Assembly: GCA_002104905.1 (NCBI GenBank)
Contig: MCFE01000084.1
Coordinates: forward strand, 114,274 to 178,273
Reading direction: 5' to 3'
Source of the DNA: Basidiobolus meristosporus CBS 931.73
Lineage: Eukaryota > Fungi > Basidiobolomycota
DNA: 64,000 bases
Under the pieces are notes generated by a model. That model was given only the letters and a program-made list of their open reading frames with translations, searched no databases and was not told the origin of the DNA. Below are positions 41,165 through 54,082 of the stretch, in pieces (positions within the stretch are counted from its first letter, which is position 1; each line of letters opens with the position of its first letter). Both the position numbers and the translations under genes were made by a program.

Positions 41165-41900
41165 AGTTTATGAGCTCCAAGCCAACAGCCCCAGAAAAAT
41201 CTCAGGCATCTACCTCCGGCCTATTATCTGTTTGAAAAATTTAATGGTAAAGGTTTTCAAAGTTGGAAAACATAGATCATAATTCTACCGAATGAAAGAG
41301 GTATTTCAGTTGACCTTACGAAGTTCAGCTTTGCTAGGGGTGCTAGGAATAACTCTGACTCTACAACTCCATGGCATAATACTCGAAAAAATAATGAAGC
41401 CTGGATTTAGATGTGGCTTGATTCAAACATCGTGCCAAACACCTGATCATGGTATATGAAATGCCAAGTTTAGAACTGAGTTAGTAGCGGTATTGCGTAA
41501 ACGAAGTTTTACTACCGCTTTTCAGGTTGTCGCTCAGCATAATTCAGAGGAATGTTGTCACCTCAAGCTTCGAGGTAATGACTGCCTTGATCAAGTAGTG
41601 CTGTTTGATACATTTATAAATATAGCTAATCGAACCCTGAGGATCAAGTGCCCACAACCTAACTTGGCTAAAATCAGTTGGTAAACACTGTAAACACTCT
41701 ATCCCTGATATCCTTCCATGGTTCGAAGGTAGAGATTGACACTGGTGATTTTGTACTTGACTGGATCTATTGCTTGTATTTAATACATAGCTTGAGCTCA
41801 TCATCTTAGGCCAGTCAATTAGGTAGGAAACCAAACAAAATCTAGTAGATTCTGCCGCTTCCATAGAGGCCTCAGTCAACGCTGGAATGTGCTTTATTAT
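41165..41900 (+). mobile_element. Ancient, heavily decayed Copia gag relic; right boundary uncertain
   Basis: PBS-like GTTTATGAGCTCCAAGC (cf. GGTTATGAGCCCCAAGC) followed by EKFNGKGFQSWK (cf. EKLDGSNYQVWK), then stops. Confidence 0.4.
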
Positions 41901-42437
41901 TATGCCAGGTAATGAAAGTCAAGGTGCTCGTGAGACTCTCACAGCCAATGTTCCATCTGCTTTGAGGGTTGGTTCCATTACACAATCAATTCTCGGCAGA
42001 CTAGTATTTGGAGAGCATACGCCAAACTGTCCGACCCAGGAGCTGAGATCAATTCTGCATTGATTGCTGCACTATCACTAGACGTGGGTACCGCCTCAAT
42101 TCCCCAGCATGTCTGATTATCTAACTCATGATTTCATTCAGCTAATATTAGCAAGTCAAGATCACCCCATGCATTTAAATGATCTTTACCTCGTAGAAAG
42201 GATATATGAGGTTCAAACGAAGTGAACGAAATCTCTCAAGTATTCTCTTCATGATAGCATTTTGTTTTTTTCCACAGCAGTTGCAAAAACCTTATTCTAT
42301 TATTGATTTCACTGTGGCAATTTTTGTTTAATTTTAATTGGACTAAATGGTCTGACACTTCATTAATGACCAATGTGTACGGCTTTCGCTAATTTTATTT
42401 GAAATATATATAAGCCAACCCTGCTAACTCTGAGGTA

Positions 42438-44446
42438 CTATTGAGTATTGTTTGTTTTTTTGTAAACTATATGCAGGTGCTTAGCATAGCAGTCTTTACA
42501 CATTGGGTTGTTAGGGTTGCAACTGCATGAAAACTCCACCTTAGTACCTCCGACATGAGTGGCAGAACAGGTTTTGCAAGCTAACCTGAGGCGCTTTGTG
42601 CCACGACCTTCACTCATAGACAAATAAGTATGATTTTCTGCACTTATGAGCCGCCTCTGACTGCCAGGTGGTGCCTTGATAGCTGTTCCAGCCAAGCTCT
42701 TACAATGTTGCAAGAGCTTATATGCTAAGACATCCTTGAAAGAGGAGTAGGATAAGCCACCTTTTTCATAGGCAAACGTACAATAAGCGCTATAGGCGTT
42801 GGCTTCACAGATGCTCAAGATAAAACCGTAGAAACGTATTTCCCATCTTTCTGTAGATACAGCATCATGGTAAGATGTCAAATTATCTCGAGGATTGTTA
42901 GCAGCATCAGATGAACCTAAAAATACAATAAATGGAACACATCTTGCTTCTTCAAGAGAGCATTCTACTTACCTTTGTGGGTCTCGTATTCCTCAGCCAC
43001 TTCAGGTCGCTGGATAGTTATCATTTTACCGGCATCCCCTACAAAAGTTCTCCATCCGGTAAGCCTTGTAGTGCTGCATGAGGATATGAATGCCTTGACC
43101 CTGTGATCACGGTAGGCACAGACAAAGATTCTACCACTCCTTGTTGTCTTTTTCATGGTGAAGCAAGCACCATACGAATTTCCAACTCTAGCAACGATAT
43201 CAGCGGTGGGCATACCACGTGGCCAGTCACAGCGCTTGGTCACTTGCATGATTGAATACAGGCCATGTTCAGTCAACATCATTGTCATATTTGGGGATCC
43301 AAACCTAGAGTCTGCAATAATGGTACGGCCAGTACCAAACCAAGGTTTTACCAATCGTTTTACAGAGGAAGTCAACCTGGATATACCAGGATCACTGTGA
43401 TATTCCTCCAGTAACTGGGCACTGACAATGTCTATTCTCAGGATACAAGTAGTATGATAGTCTGTTAAAGTCCGGAGTTCCTGACTGAGGGAGTGCGACT
43501 TTCTTGGGACTTTCTTAACATTGGGCGGGGCAGTGCCTAACCATTGATTCACTGATTCATCAATGACCAAGTACTTACAGGGTTCTAAACAAGTTTTCAT
43601 GTGCTCGTTAAAAGCATCAATAGTTGCTCTAGTCTGATAGAGAGCATCGATTGCTTGATGTTCTTGGGAAGGGATTGCAAGAGTATGCATTCTTAGAATA
43701 TCTTTGAATCTTCTGTGTGACATATATTCCGTAAAGTCAAGGTTCATCAAGAAATGAGACGAGCCTTGTTTCCAATAAGCGTTTTTGTCTGAATGATTAA
43801 TAACTGTCATCACAGTTATCAATGCAATCCACATCATGTACTCAGCAAATGTAATGTCAGTCCAGGGGCCAATACTGCTTGCATATGCATTGGTTCTCTG
43901 AATGATAATTCGGAAGTGATCCAAAGGAAGGAAGAACAAGAAATAATCTAGTGGGGAGGCATTCCTGGCATTTTTCATATTTAAACGAGCTTTCAAGGAG
44001 GTAAAGCCATCGGCAGATCCGCTTGTGCGGGAGTCAGTGTATACTTGCCCAGTAGTCCAGGCGTCTGCAGCAGTGTGGCCAATTCCATTTTCTTCATCCA
44101 CTTCTTGGATGGCATCCTCCAATAGGTCTTCAGTAACAATACTCTTGGAAGTATTAGCAGCTACAGGCGCAACGTTTCCCAAGGTATCATTATTGCTGGC
44201 CTCAATATACTTTAAACAGTTTTGTGAAAGAGTTAATGTAATCCACGGCACCAGATCCAAAACGACATCATAATTCACATTGCCATTGACTGTTGAGCGT
44301 GCAATGGTAACTCCCTTGAAGCTCAAACTGGGTGTATTCCAGTCAAAATGCAGCGATAATAGACGTTTGACTTCCATATGTTTAATAGAACGCTTGGATA
44401 CTGATACACGTACGTTAACATCAAGATGTTTACTGGCAGCAGGCAT
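42438..44446 (-). CDS. piggyBac-family DDD transposase, 650 aa, one intron (42972-42917)
   Basis: PLDYFLFFLP, YMSHRRF, VIDES (D1), IIADSRF (D2), HK|GSSDAAN (D3, completed by splicing GTAAGT..TTAG) and a C-terminal Cys-rich domain CKTC..CSC..CKDC..H. Confidence 0.88.
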
Positions 44447-45367
44447 GACTTAAGATTGATGGCATAGGATAAATTTGAAAAGCTTGGAGTTAACAATTTT
44501 TTGTTCATTTCTGTTTCTTATAGATCATCTGAATCAAAGGTTTATCCATGAACAATTCGAATTACTCATCATCTTCCTTTTTGGTTAGTATTGTTCTACT
44601 ATTGCTGGTCACTGATAATTTGTAGATGTTTCCTCGTGTTTATTACCACTGAGATATCTAACTTGAAGTGACAATGCAGCTCTCTGGTGCTTGTATTGTC
44701 TTGTACTAGAATGCGGTACTAACAGACTGATAATAACTTGAGAATATTGTTGCGGATGGTGACTGGCCCTTGGTCAAGCTGGTTTAAGTTGAATATCTTA
44801 TCAGCCTTGTTAGAGGAGTACCTTTTGACATTATCTAGTAAAGCCTGGGTTGACTGAAACCAGCACATGTCTACACCAGCACCCTCATACAGTACAGAAA
44901 CTCAAGAAGTCTCTGAGTCATGAGCATTATTCTCTTCACCTACTTCAAATGGGACTACCTTATGATAGCAAGCTTCCATTTGTCTGGAATACAGCTTAGT
45001 GCTGTATTTCACTTGTAATGCATAAAGAGAAGTAGTAATTGTTGTAAATCTTGTAATTACACCCCTATGAAAAATATTAAAGTTGGAATTCTTTGAATTT
45101 TCAGCTGATATTTGAATGGTATTTTGCTGATGTTACTTCAAATTTTCAATTGCAATTTCTGGTGGAAGTAATGAGTAGCCACTAGCCAGATTCAATATGA
45201 ATACTACTTGGCCTAATCTCCCACTGGAAAGTTTGTCTGCTTGTCTGCCCTACAGTTGGCATCTGAGATATTGAGTGTTGTCATTTCTACAAAGTTGAAA
45301 CTCAACTGATATATAGATTCTATTCTGCTGGCCATTTCTTGATTTTTCTCTTAGGGCACCTAGATAC

Positions 45368-48300
45368 TGTTGTAAGAGACTTGGAGATATTGGAAGTGAT
45401 TGGGAGGACAAGTAGATTATGTGGTTTTCACTTAGTGATATATTGAATGTAAAAGTAGTATTTATATTTTTACCTGGTCTTGGCATTACAAACACGTAGA
45501 ATAGGTTAAGGAAGGTCCCAAGAACATGTGTGCACAGTTTAGGGCTGTTTGGACAACTTTGAAAATTTTCAAGTTCTGGGTACCTGGTATTTTGGTGAAA
45601 ATATTCTAAGTAAATCCTGACAAGGAATTTGGTCAGTATTCTCTAGGATTTGAAGGTAATGATCTAAGTGACTAAGTTAGGTGAATATTCAGGTGGTAAT
45701 ACAAATTTTTACAACACTCCCACTCAGCTAAATGTTCATACTGACTAGTCCTAATTTTGACCTAAGATATTTAAACTTGTTGCTAGCTAATGGTTTGGTA
45801 AATATGTCTGCAATCATTTCATCTGTAGGACAGTAAACTAAGCTAACTAAGTTATTCTCTATAGCTTCACGTATGAAATGATGTCTAACATCTATGTGCT
45901 TGGTTCTAGCATGAAAAGTTGGATATCTACCTAATTGTATACATCCTTGATTATCTTGAAATAAAGTAATAGGCGTTTTTTGACATAGGCCTAAATCTGT
46001 AAAAAGCTTTCTTAACCACATTGCTTCTTTTGTAGCTTCACAGGCTGCCATATACTCTGCCTCTGTAATAGAAAGTGCTATGGTTGGTTGCTTTCTTGAA
46101 TTCCATGAAATTGCTCCTTTACAGTAAAGAAAGGTGTATCCTGTGGTGGATCTTCTGTCTTCTAAGTTTTGTCCCCAATCAGCATCAGAGTATCCCACAA
46201 TATCCTGTTCTGAATCCTTATATGTGTATCTTAAGCAGATATAAGCAGTTCCTTTTAGGTATCTAAAAATGTGCTTAACTGCTGCAATATGATCAGATCC
46301 ATAGTTCTGATTATGTTGGCTGACAACTCCCACTGAATATGAGATATCTGGACGTGTTCTAAGCATGATATACATCAGACTGCTGACCATAGATTGATAG
46401 GGAAAGTCAGGGCTTTCAGATGGCACCAAGCTCTCTTGATTTGGTTGAGTTTTGACCAAGTTAAGGTTTGTCTCCATTGGGGTAGCTGCCAGATTACAGT
46501 CTTCCATTTTGTACTTCTTTAGTATATCTTGAATATACTTGGACTGGCTTAGGGTGATAGTCTGGGTACTTCTGTCTATGGAGAACTTAATCCCTAAGTA
46601 GTAATTAAGCTCTCCTAGATTGGACATCTTGAACTCCTTAGATAGGCTGGATTTAGTCTCTTCCAATGTTTTTAGGTTATTGGCAGCTATAATAAGATCA
46701 TCCAAATATAGAGCTAGTAGAACTGAATTTGCTCTATCTGGCTTATAGTATATACTATAGTCAGCATTACCCCTTCTGAAACTCAAAGATTCCAAATATG
46801 AATCTATCTTGCAATTCCAGGCTCTTGGTGATTGTTTGAGACCATATAGTGACTTTTTAAGCTTACAGACCAAATGGGGGTTATCTTGGTCAACAAACCC
46901 ATCAGGCTGGTCCATATACACATCCTCATCAAGTTCTCCATTCAAAAATGCAGTTTTTGCATCCATTTGATGAATAAAAAAACTTATATTTGGCTGCAAT
47001 AGCCAATATTAATCTGATGGAATTAAACTTGGATACTGGTGCAAAGGTCTCAGTATAGTCAAGTCCTTTTGTTTGAGAGTATCCTTTGGCTACAAGTCTT
47101 GCTTTGTATCTTTCAATTGTACCATCAGCCTTGCATTTTGTCTTGAAGACCCATCTGCATCCAATTGATTTTTGGTTGATTGGTAATTTGACTAAGTCCC
47201 AAGTTTGGTTTTCCATCAGGGCCTGATATTCCTCAGTCATTGCAGATCTCCAAAACTTTGTCTGAGGGCTATTTAGGGCCTCTTTTACAGTCTGGGGTTC
47301 ATCAATATGGACTGAATAGGCATAGGCTAAGTTTGTACCCTCATTGATATAGTAGTTTGGGCTATTTCTTGTCCAATTGGATCTCTGGGCATTTGATACT
47401 GGAATGATCACTTCTGGGATATTCCTGGGCACTGATTCTGGCTGAACCATGGTTGTAGAGTCCTCTGGAGTGAAAAAAATTTCATTGTTTTGCTCTGATT
47501 CAATCCTGACTATTGGTGGACTTAAAATCAAATTTTGCCATCATCTGATGTCATTTTTTGTGAAAATTTGAATTTTCATCAAACAACACATCCCTGGACT
47601 TGATAAGCTTCTTTGCTTTGGTATTGTAGAGTCTGTATGCCTTACTCTCATTGCAGTAGGCCAAAAATATGCATTTTACACTTTTTGGCTCAAATTTTAA
47701 CTGATTTCCAACCAGTTTTTTGGCATATGCTGTACACCCAAATATTCTTAGATGTTCTGCACTTGGTCTGTATCCATACCATGCTTTGAATGGAGTAGAA
47801 TCACAAAGTATTCTATTATAACTCCTATTTTTCAGGTATACAGCAGTGGCAACTGATTCCGCCTAAAAATCATAGGATAATTTTCATCATGGATCATAGA
47901 TCTTGCCATATCAATTATTGATCTGTTAGCTTGTTCTGCTACTCCATTTTGCTGGGGGGAGTATGGTACAGTAGTCTCTTGCTTTATCCCATGAATTTTG
48001 CAGAAGTGGATGAATTGTATTGAGGTATATTCTCCACCATTGTCAGAGCGTATTTTCTTGATTTTTTCACCAGTTTCTCTCACCACCATGGCTTTAAACT
48101 CCCTGAACTTAGACAGAGCTTCTTCCTTTCTCTCCATGAAGTAGACCCATGTGTATCTTGTATAATCATCAATAAAAGTGATTAAATACTTCATCCTGCC
48201 TAACAATAAATTTTGCATAGGTCCACACAGATCTGAGTGAATTAGATCTAATTTTTTCTTAGTTTTGATTAACCCAGAGCTCTTGAACAGTTGTCTGGCT

Positions 48301-50050
48301 TGTTTCCCATATATGCAGGCTTCACAGTGCTCCAAATTAGCTGGGGGATCAATTTTCACTTCAGATATTAGCTGATCTTTGGTCATTTTACGCAAATAAT
48401 CAAAAGTGATGTGTCCAAATCTCCTATGCCAAAGCATTGGTGTTTCTTCATTCAAGTTACTTATATTGGCTTCCAGATATGATGTAATAGAAGTCAACTT
48501 GTATAGATTCTGATCTCTGATGCCCAAAGCAATATGGGCACCATTTTGATCAGTGATCCTGCATCCAGAATTGTCAAAACTGAAACTGAGTCCTTCTGCT
48601 GTGGCCTTGCTTACAGAGAGTAGGTTCTTGGCTATTTCTGGTACATAGAGTACTTCTTTAAAGGTCAGTGTATGGCTTCCTTCACAGCTTCTAAGGTCTA
48701 CCTGAATAGTTCCTTCTCCCGCTGCATAAAGTGTTCTATTGTCACCCATGAAAACCTTCTTAATTGGAATTTCTTGATATTGGGTAAAAAGTTCTTTTTG
48801 GTGTGTAAAGTGTTGAGAAGCTCCAGAGTCAATATACCACGTCTGAGAATCCTTGTTTGTGGTCATATTTAGTGCAGATATGAATAGTCTATCTTCAGTT
48901 GTTGCAGCATTTCCATATTCAGGATTCTTTTGCTGATTATCTTTCTTTTTGAGACACCGGTCTGATGTGTGTCCTTTCCTTTTGCAGTAGCTACAAAACA
49001 GGTTGCTGTTGCCTTTGTAGGGTCTTGGGTACCTCCTTTGTTGGTTATCATTGCTTATTAAAGCATTTTCTTCTTCCTTCTTATTGGCACTTAATTTTCT
49101 TAGTTCTTCATCCAGGAGCCTTCCGTATACATAATTTAAGGTCAAATCTTCAGTTCTGGACTCTAGGGCTGATACAAGGCCCTAAAACTTGTCTGTCAGG
49201 CTATTCAGGATGGTAACTATCACATCCTCATCAGTAGTTGGTACGCCCACAGATTCCATCTCATCTAACAGCAGGGTAATTCTGTTAATTAGATTTATCA
49301 TTTCTTCTGCTGGCAGCATCTTTGTAGTAAAGAATCTTTGTCTCAGATACATCTTCTTGGCAGCTGAACATGACTGGTAGGTATCTTCTAATGCTTTCCA
49401 GGCATTCTTTGCTGTTTTTGCTCTTGAGCATTGAATTAGCAATTTGTCCTTGACGTTAAGGCAAATGCAGTTAAAGGCACTTTGTTCTTTCTTCTAGTAC
49501 TTTAAGGCTTCCTCTCCCACATTTTTAGCAGGGCATTCTTCTCCCATGACAATATCCCAAAGGCCACTTTCTTGTAGCAGCATCTTCATCTTCACCTTCC
49601 ACACTTGGTAGTTAGAGCCATCCAACTTTTCAGCAGAGGGAAAAATTTCAGTAATAGCAGTAGTAGACATTGCAGGGAGTGCCAGCTTGGGGCTCATAAC
49701 CTGTTGTAAGAGTCTTGGAGATATTGGAAGTGATTGGGAGGACAAGTAGATTATGTGGTTTTCACTTAATGATCAATTGAATGTAAAAGTAGTATTTGTA
49801 CTTTTACCTGGTCTTGGCATTACAAACATGTAGAATAGGTTAAGAAAGGTCCCAAAAGCATGTGTGCAAAGTTTGGGGCTGTCTGGACAACTTTGAGAAT
49901 TTTCAAGTTCTGGGTACCTGGTATTTTGGTGAAACTATTCTAAGTAAATCCTGACAAGGAATTTTGTCAGTATTCTCTAGGATTTGAAGGTGATGATCTA
50001 AGTGACTAAGTTAGGTGAATACTTAGGTGGAAATACAAATTTTTACAACA
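45368..50050 (-). mobile_element. Near full-length Ty1/Copia LTR retrotransposon (LTRs 49702-50050 and 45368-45716, 349 bp each); gag-pol disrupted
   Basis: TGTTG..CAACA LTRs with ~20 differences by eye (~94% identical); PBS 49690-49701; PPT 45717-45726. Motifs: gag EKLDGSNY, CSYCKRKGH, PR WYIDSGAS, IN WHRRFGH/HSDLCGP/RSDNGGEY, RT YLDD, RH YSDADW. Stops and frameshifts; flanks GATAC/TTCTT give no TSD. Confidence 0.96.
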
Positions 50051-50195
50051 TTCTTAACCTATTCTACGTGCTTGTAATGCCAAGACCATGTAAAAGTATT
50101 AGTACAACTTTAATATTCAATAAATCATTATGAGAAAACCACATAATCTGCTTATTTTCCCACTGACTTCCAATATCTCTAAGACTCTTACAACA
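50051..50195 (+). mobile_element. Partial Copia LTR, opposite orientation to 45368-50050
   Basis: Reverse complement of the first ~145 bp of the 49702 LTR, ending CTCTTACAACA. Confidence 0.85.
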
Positions 50196-50835
50196 ATACT
50201 GACTAGTCCTAATAGTGATCTAAGATATTCAAATTTGTTTCTATCTAATGGTTTGACAAATACATTTGCAATCACTTCATCTGTGGAGCAGTAAACTAGT
50301 TAACTAAGTTTTGCTGTAGAGCTTCAGATATGAAATGATGTCTAGTAGCAATTTGCTTAGTTCTTACATGGAAAATAGGGTTTCTACCTAATTGTTTACA
50401 CCCTTATATCTAGAAATAATGTAGTAGCCATGTTTTGACATAAGCCTAAGTTTTTGAGCATCTTTCTTAACCTCATTACTTCTTTTGTAGCTTCAAAGGC
50501 TGTCATATAATCTGCCTCTGTGGTGGAAAGTACTACAGTTGGTTGCTTTCTCAAATTGCATGAAAATGCTCCTTCACTGTAAAGAGAGGTGTATCCTGTA
50601 GCAGATCTTCTGCCTTCTCAATTTTGTCCCCAATCAGTATCAGGGTATCCCACATGATTCTGTTCTGTGTTTGTATAGGTGCACCTTAAGCATGTATTGG
50701 CAGTTTCTTTTAAGTATCTAAGAATCCCCTCAACTGCTGCAATATGATCAGGTCCATAGTTCTGATTATGCTGACTGACCACTCCCACTGAATATGAGAT
50801 TCTTCAATGTGTACCAAGTCTGATATACATCAGAC
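50196..50835 (-). mobile_element. Copia RT-end/RNase H fragment of a second, decayed copy
   Basis: Aligns by eye to 45738-46381 (ATACTGACTAGTCCTAA...ATATACATCAGAC). Confidence 0.85.
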
Positions 50836-51184
50836 TGTTGTAAAGATTTGAAATTCCACCTAAATATTCACCTAACTTAGTCACTTGGATCATTACCTAC
50901 AAATGTTAGAGAACACTGACCAAATTTCTTGTCGGAATTTACTTGGAATATTTTCAGCAAAATATCAGGTACCCCAAACATGAAAATTAGATAAATTGTC
51001 CAAACAGCACCAAACTTTGCACACATGTACTTGGGACCTTCCTAGGCCAATTCTACATGTTTGGCATGGAAAGACCATGTAAAAGTATAAATATTACTTT
51101 TACATTCAATAAATCATTAAGTGAGAACCACATAGTCTACTTGTCCTCCCAGTAACTTCCAGTATCTCCAAGACTCTTGCAGCA
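50836..51184 (+). mobile_element. Complete Copia solo LTR (349 bp)
   Basis: TGTTGTAAAGATTTG...AGACTCTTGCAGCA; no PBS follows; flanks CAGAC/GAAAT give no TSD. Confidence 0.85.
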
Positions 51185-51472
51185 GAAATGAGGCACAGAT
51201 ACGTAGATAACTAGGTCTGTTAGATATATCTATCTAGTTATTCAATGGTGAAATTATTAGTAAAACAAGAGTAGCAATCTGTGGAGTTTTCATGATTAGA
51301 GTAAACAAAGCTAAGCCTCCAGCAGTAGTACTATAAGTTATTATCTATACACGCAAATTTACCTACCAATACAATGACTATATACGTTGTATTTGCGTAT
51401 TTTATTTGCATAGAAGGTTGTTATTCTCTTTACAATGAACATGGATTACACATTATACACATGGATAGCCTC

Positions 51473-52201
51473 TTAAAGACTCGAGAACACTTTGATAGCA
51501 TTTACGGCAGTAGATTTAGCACTTGCAGGGTTAGCTCCAGTGACCACCCTGCCATCTGTATGAGTAAAGTCGGCAAATGGAGTAGGGGGTGCCACATACT
51601 CTGCCCCGACCGCCGCTGCTCCTTCCTCGATTGTAGCCACATTGGCCGATTTAATCAGCTCAAGCAGATTTAGCATTTCCTCACCCTCGGTGGTGAACCC
51701 AGTAACCTTTTTACCAGTAATAATGGATTTACCAGTGGTGCTGTCCATGATTCCGGGGAGAATGGCGGGCCCATGACATACAGCCGAAACCACACCCCCG
51801 CGCTTATAAATGTCTTCAGCAATATGCTGCAGGTGACGAGCTGTAGGATAATCCCAAAGGGTTGCGTGGCCAGCAGAGGCAAAGAACAGTCCGTAGTCAG
51901 CAGGGTTGAGATCTTCTGCCTTGTAAAGCTGCGAGTTCAGTTTGACATTGAAAGGGTGTGAAGGGTTGGCCAGCACCTTTTGATCATCTTCAGAGAGGAA
52001 ATCCTTGGACAGGGAGTGCTCATCCACCCCGTAGGTACCAGTCTCGGTGGCAAAATCGACCTCAAACCCGGCCTCAACAAGCGCTTCATAAGGATGCAAT
52101 GCTTCGGTGTAAAATAGTCCAGTTTTACTGCCGTTAGCGTAAAATGGCTCGTTATAGCTGGTGATGGCAAGTAGTGCTCTGCGTGGAAGATTGGCTGGCA
52201 T
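51473..52201 (-). CDS. HSP31: DJ-1/PfpI family glyoxalase III (Hsp31-like), intronless
   Basis: TGLFYTEALHPY, FFASAGHATLWD, SAVCHGP (catalytic Cys-His) and VVTGANPASA. Confidence 0.92.
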   Translation of the reverse strand: MPANLPRRALLAITSYNEPFYANGSKTGLFYTEALHPYEALVEAGFEVDFATETGTYGVDEHSLSKDFLSEDDQKVLANPSHPFNVKLNSQLYKAEDLNPADYGLFFASAGHATLWDYPTARHLQHIAEDIYKRGGVVSAVCHGPAILPGIMDSTTGKSIITGKKVTGFTTEGEEMLNLLELIKSANVATIEEGAAAVGAEYVAPPTPFADFTHTDGRVVTGANPASAKSTAVNAIKVFSSL

Positions 52202-53544
52202 TGTAATTTGGTTCTGAATACCAAACCAGGTTCATCGAGTCACGTTATATAATGGGCTCGTGTAACTGGATGACAAATTGATCGAAATTTCTGGCAAATG
52301 ATCATATTTTTTTTGATGATGAGTTACCAACTATTTTTGGTTAGAACTACGATGGCTTTCATGGTGTATTATGTAATATACATCAAGCAGCGGGGATAGA
52401 CATAACCGCCTATGCTTTGAGTTGAGTGTTTTCGGGTAGATGAAGGTTTCAGACTACCTTGCTTCCGTGGTTTTGGAGAGTCAATAGGCGTGCTTCTTTT
52501 ACTGTCAGATTAGTGAGCTTTTAGCTTACGTGTACGTCACCTGTAGTTTGGGTATTCAACTATGATATGCAATTATTTGACATGATTAACTACGTTAGTC
52601 TTGAAACAAATAGCATCGAGGTTGAAAGTTACATCAAAAGTATCATCTTGTTACTGACTTATATGAAGTTCACCAGCTCGGGGATCAACATGGTCATAAG
52701 GGGATATATAAACTTCCCGTTCCATAAGATCCAACTCCTTATGTTTTTTGGCAAGCTTAATTCCTTCTTCACCAAAATGGCGTGTGGTAGCTTCAGTTTC
52801 CATAATCATCAGAAAAGGGCCAGGAGAGATCGATGCTATCCTGGAACTCCGGAAGCTGTGGATATGGATTGCGTTTCCTATAAATGACGCTTACCCTTAC
52901 GCAGCACCCAAAAACTTATTATCGACATTAATACGGCCGCTCATGAGACAAGACCTTCATCCTCACCTTGGTAGGCAGCATCGAATGTCCGGGTACGAGG
53001 AGTACAGGCCAGCGGCCTGCTTTTTCACACCACCAAAGTGACAACTGCAGCATGCCTTTTGTGCTGTGTATCTTCAAGGAGATAAAGGTTTCGAAGAATA
53101 TTGATCCCTTGGCTTTGGAAAGTCACTTGACGAGGTATGTTTGGAGGGGAGGGGCTTATCTGTTTTACTGTCCGACTAGTTAGGTAGCATAATGAGAAAT
53201 TATCCATATATCCGAAACAGTTGGAATATTTGTACCTCAGGACGCCTACACTGGATAATATGTCTGTTACACGGGATAATATACTACAGAGGATGATAAG
53301 CCTGCTACACAGGATAATCTACTATTTTGGGTTTATTTCCCAATTTGTCCAAGTTGCGAACACGATTTAAAATCCAGTTTATACTCCGAATACGCGGTAA
53401 ATGACGATCAGCAACTCAACCGCAGATTTTGATAAACTATTAAAATTCCAGATAGTCGGCCAATCAATAATAAGCAGCAAAATGTCGATGGATCCTACCA
53501 TACAAACTCCATCACAATCGAACAAACATACATTTACCTAGATT

Positions 53545-53830
53545 CCTTGATAAATCTGGCAAAGTCTTGTACATCAGAGTCACCAAGGATCAATCCCTGA
53601 GTGGGTGTCGCTGAATATGAGGGTTCCAACATTTGTGAAGTGTCAGGAGTAGCCTTGTTCTGAGGTGAAGAACTCTGATGGAATAAGGTAAGAGCCCAAA
53701 TGCTTCAAGGACAGCATGTCTGTATGGTGAGGCAGGCAGATCTGTAGCCATAGAGTAGAGGTAATCCACTGCAAACTTGACCAACCTGGTATAGTCACTT
53801 TTAGACTTGGGGTCAAGTTTGTAGTATCTG
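53545..53830 (-). mobile_element. Diverged internal fragment of a LINE related to the telomeric element (post-RT region)
   Basis: KFAVDYLYSM..LPASPYRHAVLEAFGLLPYSIRVLHLRTRLLLTLHKC..ILGDSDVQDFA versus KFAVWCITSL..LPECPYRHAILGAFGFMPYKIRLLYLRTRLYLRLHNC..ILGDPEVKKFA in ORF2. Confidence 0.85.
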
Positions 53831-53902
53831 TATTAAGCTAACTTTTGTATTTAGGAATTAAGGAAAGTATCAAGGAAGTTATGAGTTATTGCCAAATCAT
53901 TG

Positions 53903-53975
53903 GTGATTGATTTACAATGCACCGAGATCATTTTTGGTTAGTGATTGATTTACAATACACTGAGATCATTTTTGG
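53903..53975. repeat. Two-copy 38-bp tandem duplication
   Basis: GTGATTGATTTACAATGCACCGAGATCATTTTTGG at 53903 and GTGATTGATTTACAATACACTGAGATCATTTTTGG at 53941. Confidence 0.9.
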
Positions 53976-54082
53976 CTACCTAACAGAAGTCCAAGGCGTA
54001 GAGAAACCAAAAGTGGATGCTTACCTAAATGGGGTCAGACACCTGAATAGGGAGCTGCTGTTGATATAATACCTAGCCGGAG

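Noticed and set aside
44520-45250. Possible upstream exon of the piggyBac gene or a MULE/SWIM relic
   Set aside because: CpG-poor and TE-like, but all frames are interrupted and no motif could be supported.
42250-45367. piggyBac terminal inverted repeats
   Set aside because: No matching TTAA-flanked inverted pair was found by eye, so none is reported.
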